Shown: positions 9,762 to 17,711 of the stretch, piece by piece
Position numbering within the stretch: the first letter of the stretch is position 1
Layout of the letters: each line of letters starts with the position of its first letter
Assembly (NCBI GenBank): GCA_035269445.1
Contig: DATFJC010000012.1
Span: 1 to 51,096, forward strand
Source: Patescibacteria group bacterium
Lineage (GTDB): Bacteria; Patescibacteriota; Patescibacteriia; UBA2591; UBA6264
DNA length: 51,096 bases
Reading direction: 5' to 3'
Notes under the pieces: model-generated
Told to the model about the DNA's origin: nothing
Database searches by the model: none
Seen by the model: only the letters and a program-made list of their open reading frames with translations
Program-made: the position numbers and the translations under genes

Positions 9762-12700
9762 TTACTTTTTCTCCTTTTTTTTATTTTGTTTATCAGCATT
9801 TTTATGTAGTCCCTTAATCTTTACTCTTTTACCATTTTTTAACATATTGGTTTCCAAGCAAAGTCCTCTTAATTCTCTTACCAAAACATTAAATGCTTCT
9901 GGGGTATTAATTTCTTCTACTGGCTCCCCTTCCATAATAGAGCTATAAGCCTTATTCCTACCAACCACATCATCAGACTTAATGGTTAGCATTTCTTGAA
10001 GAGTGTAAGCAGCCCCGTAACCTTCTAGGGCCCAAACTTCCATTTCTCCAAATCTTTGACCACCAAACTGAGCTTTACCCCCTAAAGGTTGTTGAGTTAC
10101 TAAAGAATAAGGGCCAATAGAACGCTTATGAATCTTATCTTCAACTAAGTGATTTAACTTTAGCATGTAAATATAACCTACTGTAACATTATTTTCAAAT
10201 CTTTCTCCAGTCTTACCATTATAAAGGGTTAATTTTCCATCTTCAGGAAAACCAGCCTTTTTTAATTCTTGTCTAATTTGATTTTCAGATAAACCATTTA
10301 AGGTAGGAGTAGCTACTTTGTAACCAAGCTCATTAGCAGCCAAACCAAGATGGGTTTCTAAAATCTGGCCTAAATTCATACGAGAAACAACCCCTAAAGG
10401 ATTAAGTATTACGTCAACCGGAGTACCATCTTTTAAATAAGGCATGTCTTCCTCAGGAACAATTTTTGAAATTACCCCCTTATTTCCATGCCTTCCAGAC
10501 ATCTTATCACCAACCTGAATCTTTTTCATGTCAGCCACTAAGACTTGTATTGATTTTATTATCCCAGGCTTTAATTTATCTCCAGCATCTCTTGAAAATA
10601 TTCTAACTCCAATAACCTTACCCTCTTCTCCATGCTCTAAATAAAGTGAAGAATCCCTAACATCTTGGGATTTTTCTCCAAATATAGCATGAAGTAATTT
10701 TTCTTCTGGGGTTAATTCCACTTCTCCTTCTGGGGTTATTTTCCCTACCAAAATATCACCTGATTTAACTTTGGCCCCGATTCTAACAATACCATCCTCA
10801 TCTAAATCTTTTAATTTTTTTTCACTTACATTGGGAATATCACAAGTAGTAGATTCTTTACCAAATTTTGTTTCTCTAACATCAATAGTGTGTTCTTTTA
10901 TATGAATAGATGAATATTTGTCTGTTTTTGCTAAACGGGAAGAAATTAAAATAGCATCCTCATAATTACCTCCTTCCCAAGGCATAAAAGCACATAAAAC
11001 ATTTTCTCCCAAAGCTAATTCTCCATCTTCGGTAGATGCCCCTTCTACTAAAACATCTCCTTTTTTAATCTTTTGATCTTGATCAACTCTAGGACGTTGA
11101 TTAAAACAAGTATCAAAGTTAGATCTTTGATATTTTTCTAATTCAAATTCTTGCTTTTTACCAGATTTGTATTTAACAACAATGTGTTTAGAATCAACTT
11201 CTACTATTTTACCATCTTCTTTAGCTTTAATAACATAACCTGAGTCTTCAGCTACTTTTTTCTCAACCCCGGTTCCTACTAAAGGCGCCTCTGGTCTACA
11301 AAGAGGTACAGCTTGCCTTTGCATATTAGATCCCATTAAAGCACGAGCTGCATCATTATGCTCTAGAAAAGGAATAAGAGAAGTTGCCACACTAATAATT
11401 TGATTGGGAGCAGTATCAATAAATTCCACCTCATCTCTATCACAAATTGAGGGCTTACCATGAATTCTGGCCTCTACAATATTTTCTATAATCTTTCCGT
11501 TTTGATCAACTTTAACTGAAAAGGGTGCTAAAACATGCTCTTCTTCTTCTTTGGCGTTTAAATATACTATTTCATTTGTTAATTTACCCTTTTGAACTTT
11601 TCTATAAGGGGTTTCTATAAAACCAAAATTATTAAGACGAGCAAAACAGGCTAATTGATTTACTAAACCAATATTTGGCCCTTCTGGCGTTTGAATAGGA
11701 CAAATTTTTCCATAATAAGTACGATGAACATCTCTTACTTCTAAGCCTGCCCTATCTTTATTTAAACCACCTGGACCAGAAACTGTTAAACGACGCTTGT
11801 GTTCTAATTCTGATAAAATATTAACCTGATCCATAAAGTGAGAAAGGGGGGAAGACATAAAAAATTGCTGAAGCACTCCCCCGATTGGTCTAATATTTAC
11901 TAATTTACCTGGAGTCATTTTTTCTGCCTCAATAGTACTCATTCGGTCTTTAACAATACGTTGCATTCTAAGCATACCAACTCTCATTCTACTTTGAACC
12001 AACTCTCCTACAGCCCTTACCCTTCTACTTGATAAGTGATCAATATCATCAGCTGGTTCTTGAGAAACATTTAAAGATATAATTTCTTTTAAAACGTGGA
12101 AAATATCTTCTGTTCTTAAAACTCGTTTTTCTATTTTTTTCTTAAAACCTAATCTTTGATTTAATTTAAAACGCCCCACCTTACTTAAATCATATCTATC
12201 ATGTCTAAAAAAACTAGCTTCAATTAAACTTCTAGCATTATCTATTGTGGGTAATTCTCCTGGTCTCATTTTTTTATAAACTTCTACAAAACCTTGTTTT
12301 TCTGAAGAAGATGGATCTTTTTCTAAAGTTTCTTTTAAATACTCCATTTCTTTTTTACCCAATCCCTTAAACCAGTCTAAAATTTCTTTATCAGACCCAA
12401 TTCCAAATACTCTTAAAAGAGCAGTAGCAGGAATTTTTCTTTGTCTATCAATTCTAACCCAAACAACTTTATGACGATCTGTTATAAATTCAAGCCAAGA
12501 ACCTCTTTCTGGAATAATTTTACCACCATAACAAAAACGTCCCCTTACATTTTCTCTGCTAATATAAACACCCGGAGACCTAATCAGTTGACTTACTATA
12601 ACTCTTTCAATACCGTTAATAATAAAAGTACCGCGTTTACTCATTAGCGGCATGTCTCCAAAATATACTTCTTGGGTTTGTTTTTTACCAGTCTTTTTAT

Positions 12701-12971
12701 TTATCAGTCTTATTTTTACATTAACTGGTGCCTTATAAGTTAAATTTCTGTTACGACTGGTCATTTCATCAAATTTGGGCTCATCTACATGACAACCCAA
12801 AAAATGCAGTTCATAATTTTTGCCAACTGCATCTTGAATAGGAGAAATTTCCTTAATAACCTCTTCTAAGCCATTATTTAAAAACCAATCATAAGAATCT
12901 TTTTGTATTTTTATCAAATCCGGTAAACCTAGGCTATATTTTGATTTAGTAAAATATTTGCGCTTACCCAT
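9762..12971 (-). CDS. rpoB: DNA-directed RNA polymerase subunit beta
   Basis: 1069 aa with conserved GDKMSGRHGNKGVISKI, QQPLGGKAQFGGQRFGEMEVWALEGYGA and SQLIRSPGVY. Confidence 0.97.
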   Translation of the reverse strand: MGKRKYFTKSKYSLGLPDLIKIQKDSYDWFLNNGLEEVIKEISPIQDAVGKNYELHFLGCHVDEPKFDEMTSRNRNLTYKAPVNVKIRLINKKTGKKQTQEVYFGDMPLMSKRGTFIINGIERVIVSQLIRSPGVYISRENVRGRFCYGGKIIPERGSWLEFITDRHKVVWVRIDRQRKIPATALLRVFGIGSDKEILDWFKGLGKKEMEYLKETLEKDPSSSEKQGFVEVYKKMRPGELPTIDNARSLIEASFFRHDRYDLSKVGRFKLNQRLGFKKKIEKRVLRTEDIFHVLKEIISLNVSQEPADDIDHLSSRRVRAVGELVQSRMRVGMLRMQRIVKDRMSTIEAEKMTPGKLVNIRPIGGVLQQFFMSSPLSHFMDQVNILSELEHKRRLTVSGPGGLNKDRAGLEVRDVHRTYYGKICPIQTPEGPNIGLVNQLACFARLNNFGFIETPYRKVQKGKLTNEIVYLNAKEEEEHVLAPFSVKVDQNGKIIENIVEARIHGKPSICDRDEVEFIDTAPNQIISVATSLIPFLEHNDAARALMGSNMQRQAVPLCRPEAPLVGTGVEKKVAEDSGYVIKAKEDGKIVEVDSKHIVVKYKSGKKQEFELEKYQRSNFDTCFNQRPRVDQDQKIKKGDVLVEGASTEDGELALGENVLCAFMPWEGGNYEDAILISSRLAKTDKYSSIHIKEHTIDVRETKFGKESTTCDIPNVSEKKLKDLDEDGIVRIGAKVKSGDILVGKITPEGEVELTPEEKLLHAIFGEKSQDVRDSSLYLEHGEEGKVIGVRIFSRDAGDKLKPGIIKSIQVLVADMKKIQVGDKMSGRHGNKGVISKIVPEEDMPYLKDGTPVDVILNPLGVVSRMNLGQILETHLGLAANELGYKVATPTLNGLSENQIRQELKKAGFPEDGKLTLYNGKTGERFENNVTVGYIYMLKLNHLVEDKIHKRSIGPYSLVTQQPLGGKAQFGGQRFGEMEVWALEGYGAAYTLQEMLTIKSDDVVGRNKAYSSIMEGEPVEEINTPEAFNVLVRELRGLCLETNMLKNGKRVKIKGLHKNADKQNKKKEKK

Positions 12972-12998
12972 AAGCTTATTTTTTTTAAGAGATAAAAT

Positions 12999-13021
12999 CC
13001 CTTCCAGTATTCTTGAAAGGG
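12999..13021 (-). promoter_or_regulatory. Hairpin in the rpoB leader (possible attenuator)
   Basis: Minus-strand RNA CCCUUUCA-agaauac-UGGAAGGG forms an 8-bp stem including one G-U pair. It is followed by AUUUUAUCUCUU and ends about 25 nt before the rpoB ATG. Confidence 0.35.
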
Positions 13022-13102
13022 TTATTGATTTTAAATTTAGACTTAACTATTAATTGAATTAATAGATTTGAAAGCTTATTTATACTTATTAGACCATAAT
13101 CA

Positions 13103-13131
13103 AATATAACAAAAGAATATTATCTTGTCAA
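13103..13131 (-). promoter_or_regulatory. Sigma70-type promoter TTGACA-17 nt-TATATT upstream of rpoB
   Basis: Minus strand reads TTGACAagataatattcttttgtTATATT, about 130 nt upstream of the rpoB start. Confidence 0.5.
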
Positions 13132-13163
13132 GAAATATTTTTGTTTTACTTAAGCTAGGTTTT

Positions 13164-14495
13164 TTAGTTATCCACATTTTGTCCCCACAGAATATCTTTA
13201 ATAACATCTTGATCTTTCCAAGGGATCTTTTTGCCCTTTTCTACTATACAAGGTTCAGAGCCCTTACCTGTAACTGCAATAATATCCTTTTCCCCAGCTA
13301 AATCAATTGCCTTTTTTAATGCCTTTTTTCTATTTAATATTTTAAATAATTTATTTTCTGAAAATAGTTTATTTTTAGCTTTAATACCAGTTAAAATCTC
13401 GTTTATAATTGCTTTAGGATCTTCCCAAAAAGGATCTTCATTGGTTAATATAATTATATCTCCATATTCTTCTGCTAACTTGCCTATTACTGGTCTTTTC
13501 CACTTATCTCTCCCCCCTCCAGCTGCCCCTAAAACAAGGATTAAATTATCTTCTTTTATATTTGTTAAAGTTTTATACACATTTTCCAATTCATCTGGAG
13601 TATGAGCTTGATCAACGCAAATTAAGGGCTTTTTATTAACAATTTCCATTCTACCTGGGACAACTTTTCTTTTTTCTAAAGCCTTTTTGCAAGTTTTAAT
13701 ATTTAAGCCAAGATTTAATCCAACTAAAATAGCAGCTAAAGCATTATATACATTAAACTTGCCTAAAAGATTTAAATGAATTTTAGTTTGCTTTACTTTA
13801 AAGTCTAAACCAGAAATACTTGGCTTAACCTCTTTAGCTTGAACTACTTCTATATTGCTCTTATTACTTTCTTTTAAACTAAAACCATATTTTTTATCAG
13901 CTGGATATTTTAAAAAATCCTCTGCATGTTTATCGTCTATATTAACTATGCTAGTTTTTTTAATTTTTTTACCATTAATTTTCTTTTTAGGCATTTTAAA
14001 CAAATGCTTAAAAAGCATTTGTTTAGCTTTTAAATAATTATTAAATCCTTTATGAGCTTCTATGTGTTCTTTGCTAATATTATTAAATAAAACTAAATCA
14101 AAATTAATAGCTTTGTGCCTAAATTGGGCCAACCCCTGAGAAGTTACTTCTATTATTGCCATCTTGCAGCCAGCTTTTTTCATTTTATAAAGCCATTTTT
14201 GTAAAATAAAACGACCCGGCATTGTCATTCTAATTTTATTTTCAAACTCTTTTTCTCCAATTCTAAAATTAAAAGTAGTACTCGCCCCTACTTTTTTACC
14301 TGACTCTTTTAATATGTCAGCTATAAAATTAACTACTGTTGATTTACCAGCCGTACCAGTTACTCCGATAACAATTAAATCCTTGCTTGGGTTTCCATAT
14401 ATAAAACTAGCCAAATAAGCAATGCTTAAATGATAAAATTTAATTATAAAACTTGGAGTAAGTGCTCTTATTATTTTTTTAATTTTTTTTATCAT
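13164..14495 (-). CDS. murE: Mur ligase, MurE-like (UDP-MurNAc-L-Ala-D-Glu:diamino acid ligase) with a very short N-terminal domain
   Basis: 443 aa. The P-loop IGVTGTAGKST sits at about residue 45, where I recall typical MurE carrying it near residue 110. The MurE-type motif VDQAHTPDELENV matches DYAHTPDAL. Confidence 0.7.
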   Translation of the reverse strand: MIKKIKKIIRALTPSFIIKFYHLSIAYLASFIYGNPSKDLIVIGVTGTAGKSTVVNFIADILKESGKKVGASTTFNFRIGEKEFENKIRMTMPGRFILQKWLYKMKKAGCKMAIIEVTSQGLAQFRHKAINFDLVLFNNISKEHIEAHKGFNNYLKAKQMLFKHLFKMPKKKINGKKIKKTSIVNIDDKHAEDFLKYPADKKYGFSLKESNKSNIEVVQAKEVKPSISGLDFKVKQTKIHLNLLGKFNVYNALAAILVGLNLGLNIKTCKKALEKRKVVPGRMEIVNKKPLICVDQAHTPDELENVYKTLTNIKEDNLILVLGAAGGGRDKWKRPVIGKLAEEYGDIIILTNEDPFWEDPKAIINEILTGIKAKNKLFSENKLFKILNRKKALKKAIDLAGEKDIIAVTGKGSEPCIVEKGKKIPWKDQDVIKDILWGQNVDN

Positions 14496-14572
14496 AAAAA
14501 AGATTAAGCTTTTTATTTATTTTAACCTTAATATAAATAAAGATCAAATAAAATTAAATTTTTAAAGAAAAA

Positions 14573-14594
14573 CCCGCAACTTTTAAGTTACGGG
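14573..14594 (-). terminator. Intrinsic terminator after the lipoprotein gene
   Basis: Minus RNA CCCGUAACUU-aa-AAGUUGCGGG forms a 10-bp stem with one G-U pair, followed by UUUUUCUUU. Confidence 0.7.
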
Positions 14595-14606
14595 CGATAA
14601 TAACAA

Positions 14607-14978
14607 TTATGGCAACTTAGCCTTTACCATAATCCATACCCAGATCGAACCCTTATCTCTTTCTGCGTAAGTTCCAATCATATATGAATTATCAAGAGTC
14701 TTTCTTAACTCATGAGTCTTTAGGCCACCCTCTTTTCGGGCTTTTTCATAAAAATAATCGGCCAAATAAAGTAAAGCGCTTATATGAGATCTGCTAGATG
14801 CAACCCTCATATTGGGCCCCTTTTCAAGGGCAACGCTATAAATATGACCCTTTTCTACCCAGGTCTTGCCAACTTCTTTGGTAAAGCTTGGACGTTTGAG
14901 ATATTTATTCCCAGAACATCCTACCATAACTAAAAATACGGCCAATAAAACCGTTAAAATCATTAATTTTTTTGTCAT
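14607..14978 (-). CDS. Hypothetical lipoprotein
   Basis: 123 aa with signal peptide plus lipobox-like LVMVGC-SGN. A GGAGG SD precedes the ATG and it has its own terminator. No family recognised. Confidence 0.6.
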   Translation of the reverse strand: MTKKLMILTVLLAVFLVMVGCSGNKYLKRPSFTKEVGKTWVEKGHIYSVALEKGPNMRVASSRSHISALLYLADYFYEKARKEGGLKTHELRKTLDNSYMIGTYAERDKGSIWVWIMVKAKLP

Positions 14979-15072
14979 GATTTTCCTCCTTATTTTTTTG
15001 TAAATAACCTTTGTGGTTATAGCCTAAAGATAGCAAAAAAATGTACTTTTGTCAATGCCTTAAAACCAAAAA

Positions 15073-16389
15073 TTATAAAAATTTTTCTTTAAATATCTTT
15101 AAAACCCTTTCATAAATATCACCCGCTCCCATAATTAAAATTACATCTTCTTTAGTATTTTTAATGTTTTTACAAATATTTTCGCCTTTTAAGTAAAAAA
15201 CATTGGTATGATTAATACTTTTAACTAATTTTTTGGAATCAATTTCTTTTTTAAGTGTTTCTCTGCCTGCTACATCAAAGATGTCTGTAATAAATATTTT
15301 ATCTATTAAATTTTTAGATATTACCTTAAATGTTTTAACAAAATCATTAAAAAGTAATTTTGTTCTTTGATATTGATGAGGTTGAAAAATTAATTTTATT
15401 TTTTTATTTTTAAACTCCTCTCTTATAGTTTTGCAAGTAGCTAAAATTTCTGTAGGATGATGACCATAATCAAAAATTAAATCCTTTGCATTTTTATTAA
15501 TTTTAATTTTTCTTTTTTCAAAACGACGCCAACATCCATTAAATTGAGATAAGCCTTTTATAATATCCTTGCTTTTAAGACCTAAAACCTGGGCTGTCTT
15601 AAAAGCAGCTAAAGCATTTAAAAAATTGTGATGACCAGGAACTTTTAAATTTTTCTTTATTTCCTTTTTATAATCAGTTTCAATATTATGAAAATTAAAA
15701 TATTTTTTATTTTTAATTATTTTTTTAATATTTTGATCTTTTTCATTTACAATTAAAAAGCCATTTTTTTCAATTTGAGACAAATATGTTTTAAAAGATC
15801 TTAAAACGCCTTTTAAATTTTTAAAATAATCTAAATGATCTGCCTCAATATTGGTTAAAACAATTACATTAGGAGAATAATTTAAAAAAGAATCTTTATA
15901 TTCATCTGCTTCTATTAAAAGAAATTTGCTTTTACCTTTTTTAAAATTAGAATTATTAAATTCTTTTAATTTAGTTCCTACTATAACGGTTGGATCAAGG
16001 CCTCCTTGCTTTAAAGCAAAGTAAAGCATTGAAGTAGTTGTACTTTTGCCATGAGTGCCAGAAACACAAATTGAAAAATACTTTTTAGTTAATTTTCCTA
16101 AAGCTTGAGGATAGCTTAAGACTCTTATGCCCAATTTTTTAGCTTTGATTAAGTCCTTATTATTTTTTTTAATAGCTGGAGAAAAAACCACCATTTGAGT
16201 ATTTTTTAATATACCTTTACCAGTTTGCTTGCCCAAATAAATATCCATCCCCTTTTCTTTTAAAAAATCAATGATCTCGCTTGACCTTAAATCAGAGCCA
16301 GACACCTCAAACCCCTGGCTTAAATAATATTGAGCCAGGCCTGACATACCAATTCCCCCTATACCTGTAAAATGGACATGTTTATTCAT
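15073..16389 (-). CDS. murC: UDP-N-acetylmuramate--L-alanine ligase
   Basis: 438 aa with HFTGIGGIGMSGLAQ, GTHGKSTTTSM and FDYGHHPTEI (MurC-type). Confidence 0.92.
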   Translation of the reverse strand: MNKHVHFTGIGGIGMSGLAQYYLSQGFEVSGSDLRSSEIIDFLKEKGMDIYLGKQTGKGILKNTQMVVFSPAIKKNNKDLIKAKKLGIRVLSYPQALGKLTKKYFSICVSGTHGKSTTTSMLYFALKQGGLDPTVIVGTKLKEFNNSNFKKGKSKFLLIEADEYKDSFLNYSPNVIVLTNIEADHLDYFKNLKGVLRSFKTYLSQIEKNGFLIVNEKDQNIKKIIKNKKYFNFHNIETDYKKEIKKNLKVPGHHNFLNALAAFKTAQVLGLKSKDIIKGLSQFNGCWRRFEKRKIKINKNAKDLIFDYGHHPTEILATCKTIREEFKNKKIKLIFQPHQYQRTKLLFNDFVKTFKVISKNLIDKIFITDIFDVAGRETLKKEIDSKKLVKSINHTNVFYLKGENICKNIKNTKEDVILIMGAGDIYERVLKIFKEKFL

Positions 16390-16430
16390 GTTTTTATTTT
16401 AGCAGATTATTTTTAAGTTATAAAATAAAA

Positions 16431-16449
16431 AAACCTAAAATATAGGTTT
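16431..16449 (-). terminator. A/T-flanked hairpin AAACCTA-5 nt-TAGGTTT after scpB
   Basis: 7-bp stem flanked by A-runs and T-runs on both sides, followed by TTTTTATTTT on the minus strand. Confidence 0.45.
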
Positions 16450-16483
16450 AAAAAAATATATATATTATCTTTATAACTTAACT

Positions 16484-17026
16484 CTAAACTTGATCTTGAT
16501 CAATAAATTCCCCCAAAGGTACATTGCCATTTAAACCTTCAAATTCAGGCAAATCTTGTTTTTTAGAAATACCAACTCGGCGCATAAATTCTAAGGTTAT
16601 GTCATAAATTTCATTTTCTTGATCTTTTTTCTCAATTAAACCCTTAATTAAAAGATTCCTTAAAATAATAGAACAATTTACTCCCCTTATTTCTTCTAAT
16701 TCTTGTCTGTTAATTGGACCCCTGTAAGCTACGATAGATAAAGTTTCTAAGGAAGCTGGGGTCATCTCATCACTAACCTCTTTTTTAAAAAAAGCTTTAA
16801 TAGCTTTGGCATTATCAGGATTAGAGGCTAATTGATATTTATTATTATTTTCTAAAATAATAATACCCCTATTCTGAGCTTTGTATTCCTGACTTAAATC
16901 TATTATTATTTCTTTAATTTCTTCTTTTTTTCCACCAGTTATTTTTGCAAACTCATTTAAACTTAAAGGCTTATGTGAAACAAATAAAAGACTTTCTATT
17001 ATAGATTTTAAATTTGTATTACTCAT
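16484..17026 (-). CDS. scpB: Segregation and condensation protein B
   Basis: 180 aa with IIESLLFVSHKPLSL and ...LETLSIVAYRGPINRQELEEIRGV. It overlaps scpA by 8 nt. Confidence 0.9.
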   Translation of the reverse strand: MSNTNLKSIIESLLFVSHKPLSLNEFAKITGGKKEEIKEIIIDLSQEYKAQNRGIIILENNNKYQLASNPDNAKAIKAFFKKEVSDEMTPASLETLSIVAYRGPINRQELEEIRGVNCSIILRNLLIKGLIEKKDQENEIYDITLEFMRRVGISKKQDLPEFEGLNGNVPLGEFIDQDQV

Positions 17027-17711
17027 ATATTTGCTTAATTATAATCTCCCCAAATAATTTTTCCTGATTTATGCTAATCTTGTTTTGCTTTAAAAGCTCT
17101 AAAGCAGCTAAAAACATAGCAGCTTTTTCTGATTTAGTTTGATTTTTAATAATTTTATTAAATATTATACTTTTTTTATTTTTTAAATATTTTTTTAAAT
17201 CAGAAATTTTCTTTTTTAAAGAAACTATTTTTATTTTTTTAATTTTCTTGGTAATTTTTAACTGCTTTTTTATTTTTTTTAATATTCCCCTATAATACTT
17301 ATTTAATAAGCTAGAAGATATAGCACTATTATCAGCCATTACTTTTGCTTTTTCAGGATTTTTTTCATTAAAAAAACTTGCTTTTTCACTTTTAGCTAAA
17401 TTTTCAATAGTAACACTGGCTTTGGCATATTCTTTATAAATTTGAAGTCTGTAAGCTAGATTATCTTCTTCTAACCCTTCCTCTTCACTGGGAACTACTA
17501 ACCTTGACTTTATTAAAAGCAATTGGGCTGCAATTTCTAAAAAACTTGCTAATTTTTCAGGTTTAATATCTTTTATTTTTTTAATTTCTTGTAAAAAAGA
17601 ATCAGCTACTTTAGCTAAAGATATATTACAAATATCAAGCTCTTGTTTTTTAATTAGTTTTAATAATAAGTCAAAAGGACCGCTAAATTGTTCTAAGTTT
17701 ACTTTATACAT
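17019..17711 (-). CDS. scpA: Segregation and condensation protein A
   Basis: 230 aa with the N-terminal FSGPFDLLLKLIKKQELDI signature. It overlaps the alaS stop by 8 nt. Confidence 0.88.
   Translation of the reverse strand: MYKVNLEQFSGPFDLLLKLIKKQELDICNISLAKVADSFLQEIKKIKDIKPEKLASFLEIAAQLLLIKSRLVVPSEEEGLEEDNLAYRLQIYKEYAKASVTIENLAKSEKASFFNEKNPEKAKVMADNSAISSSLLNKYYRGILKKIKKQLKITKKIKKIKIVSLKKKISDLKKYLKNKKSIIFNKIIKNQTKSEKAAMFLAALELLKQNKISINQEKLFGEIIIKQIYE

Noticed and set aside
12441-14037. Plus-strand ORFs 12441..12647, 13231..13605 and 13855..14037 lie antisense to rpoB and murE.
   Set aside because: They are embedded entirely within well-supported minus-strand genes and give low-complexity Phe/Ser/Leu/Ile-rich translations typical of shadow frames in AT-rich DNA. 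They have no start context or motif.
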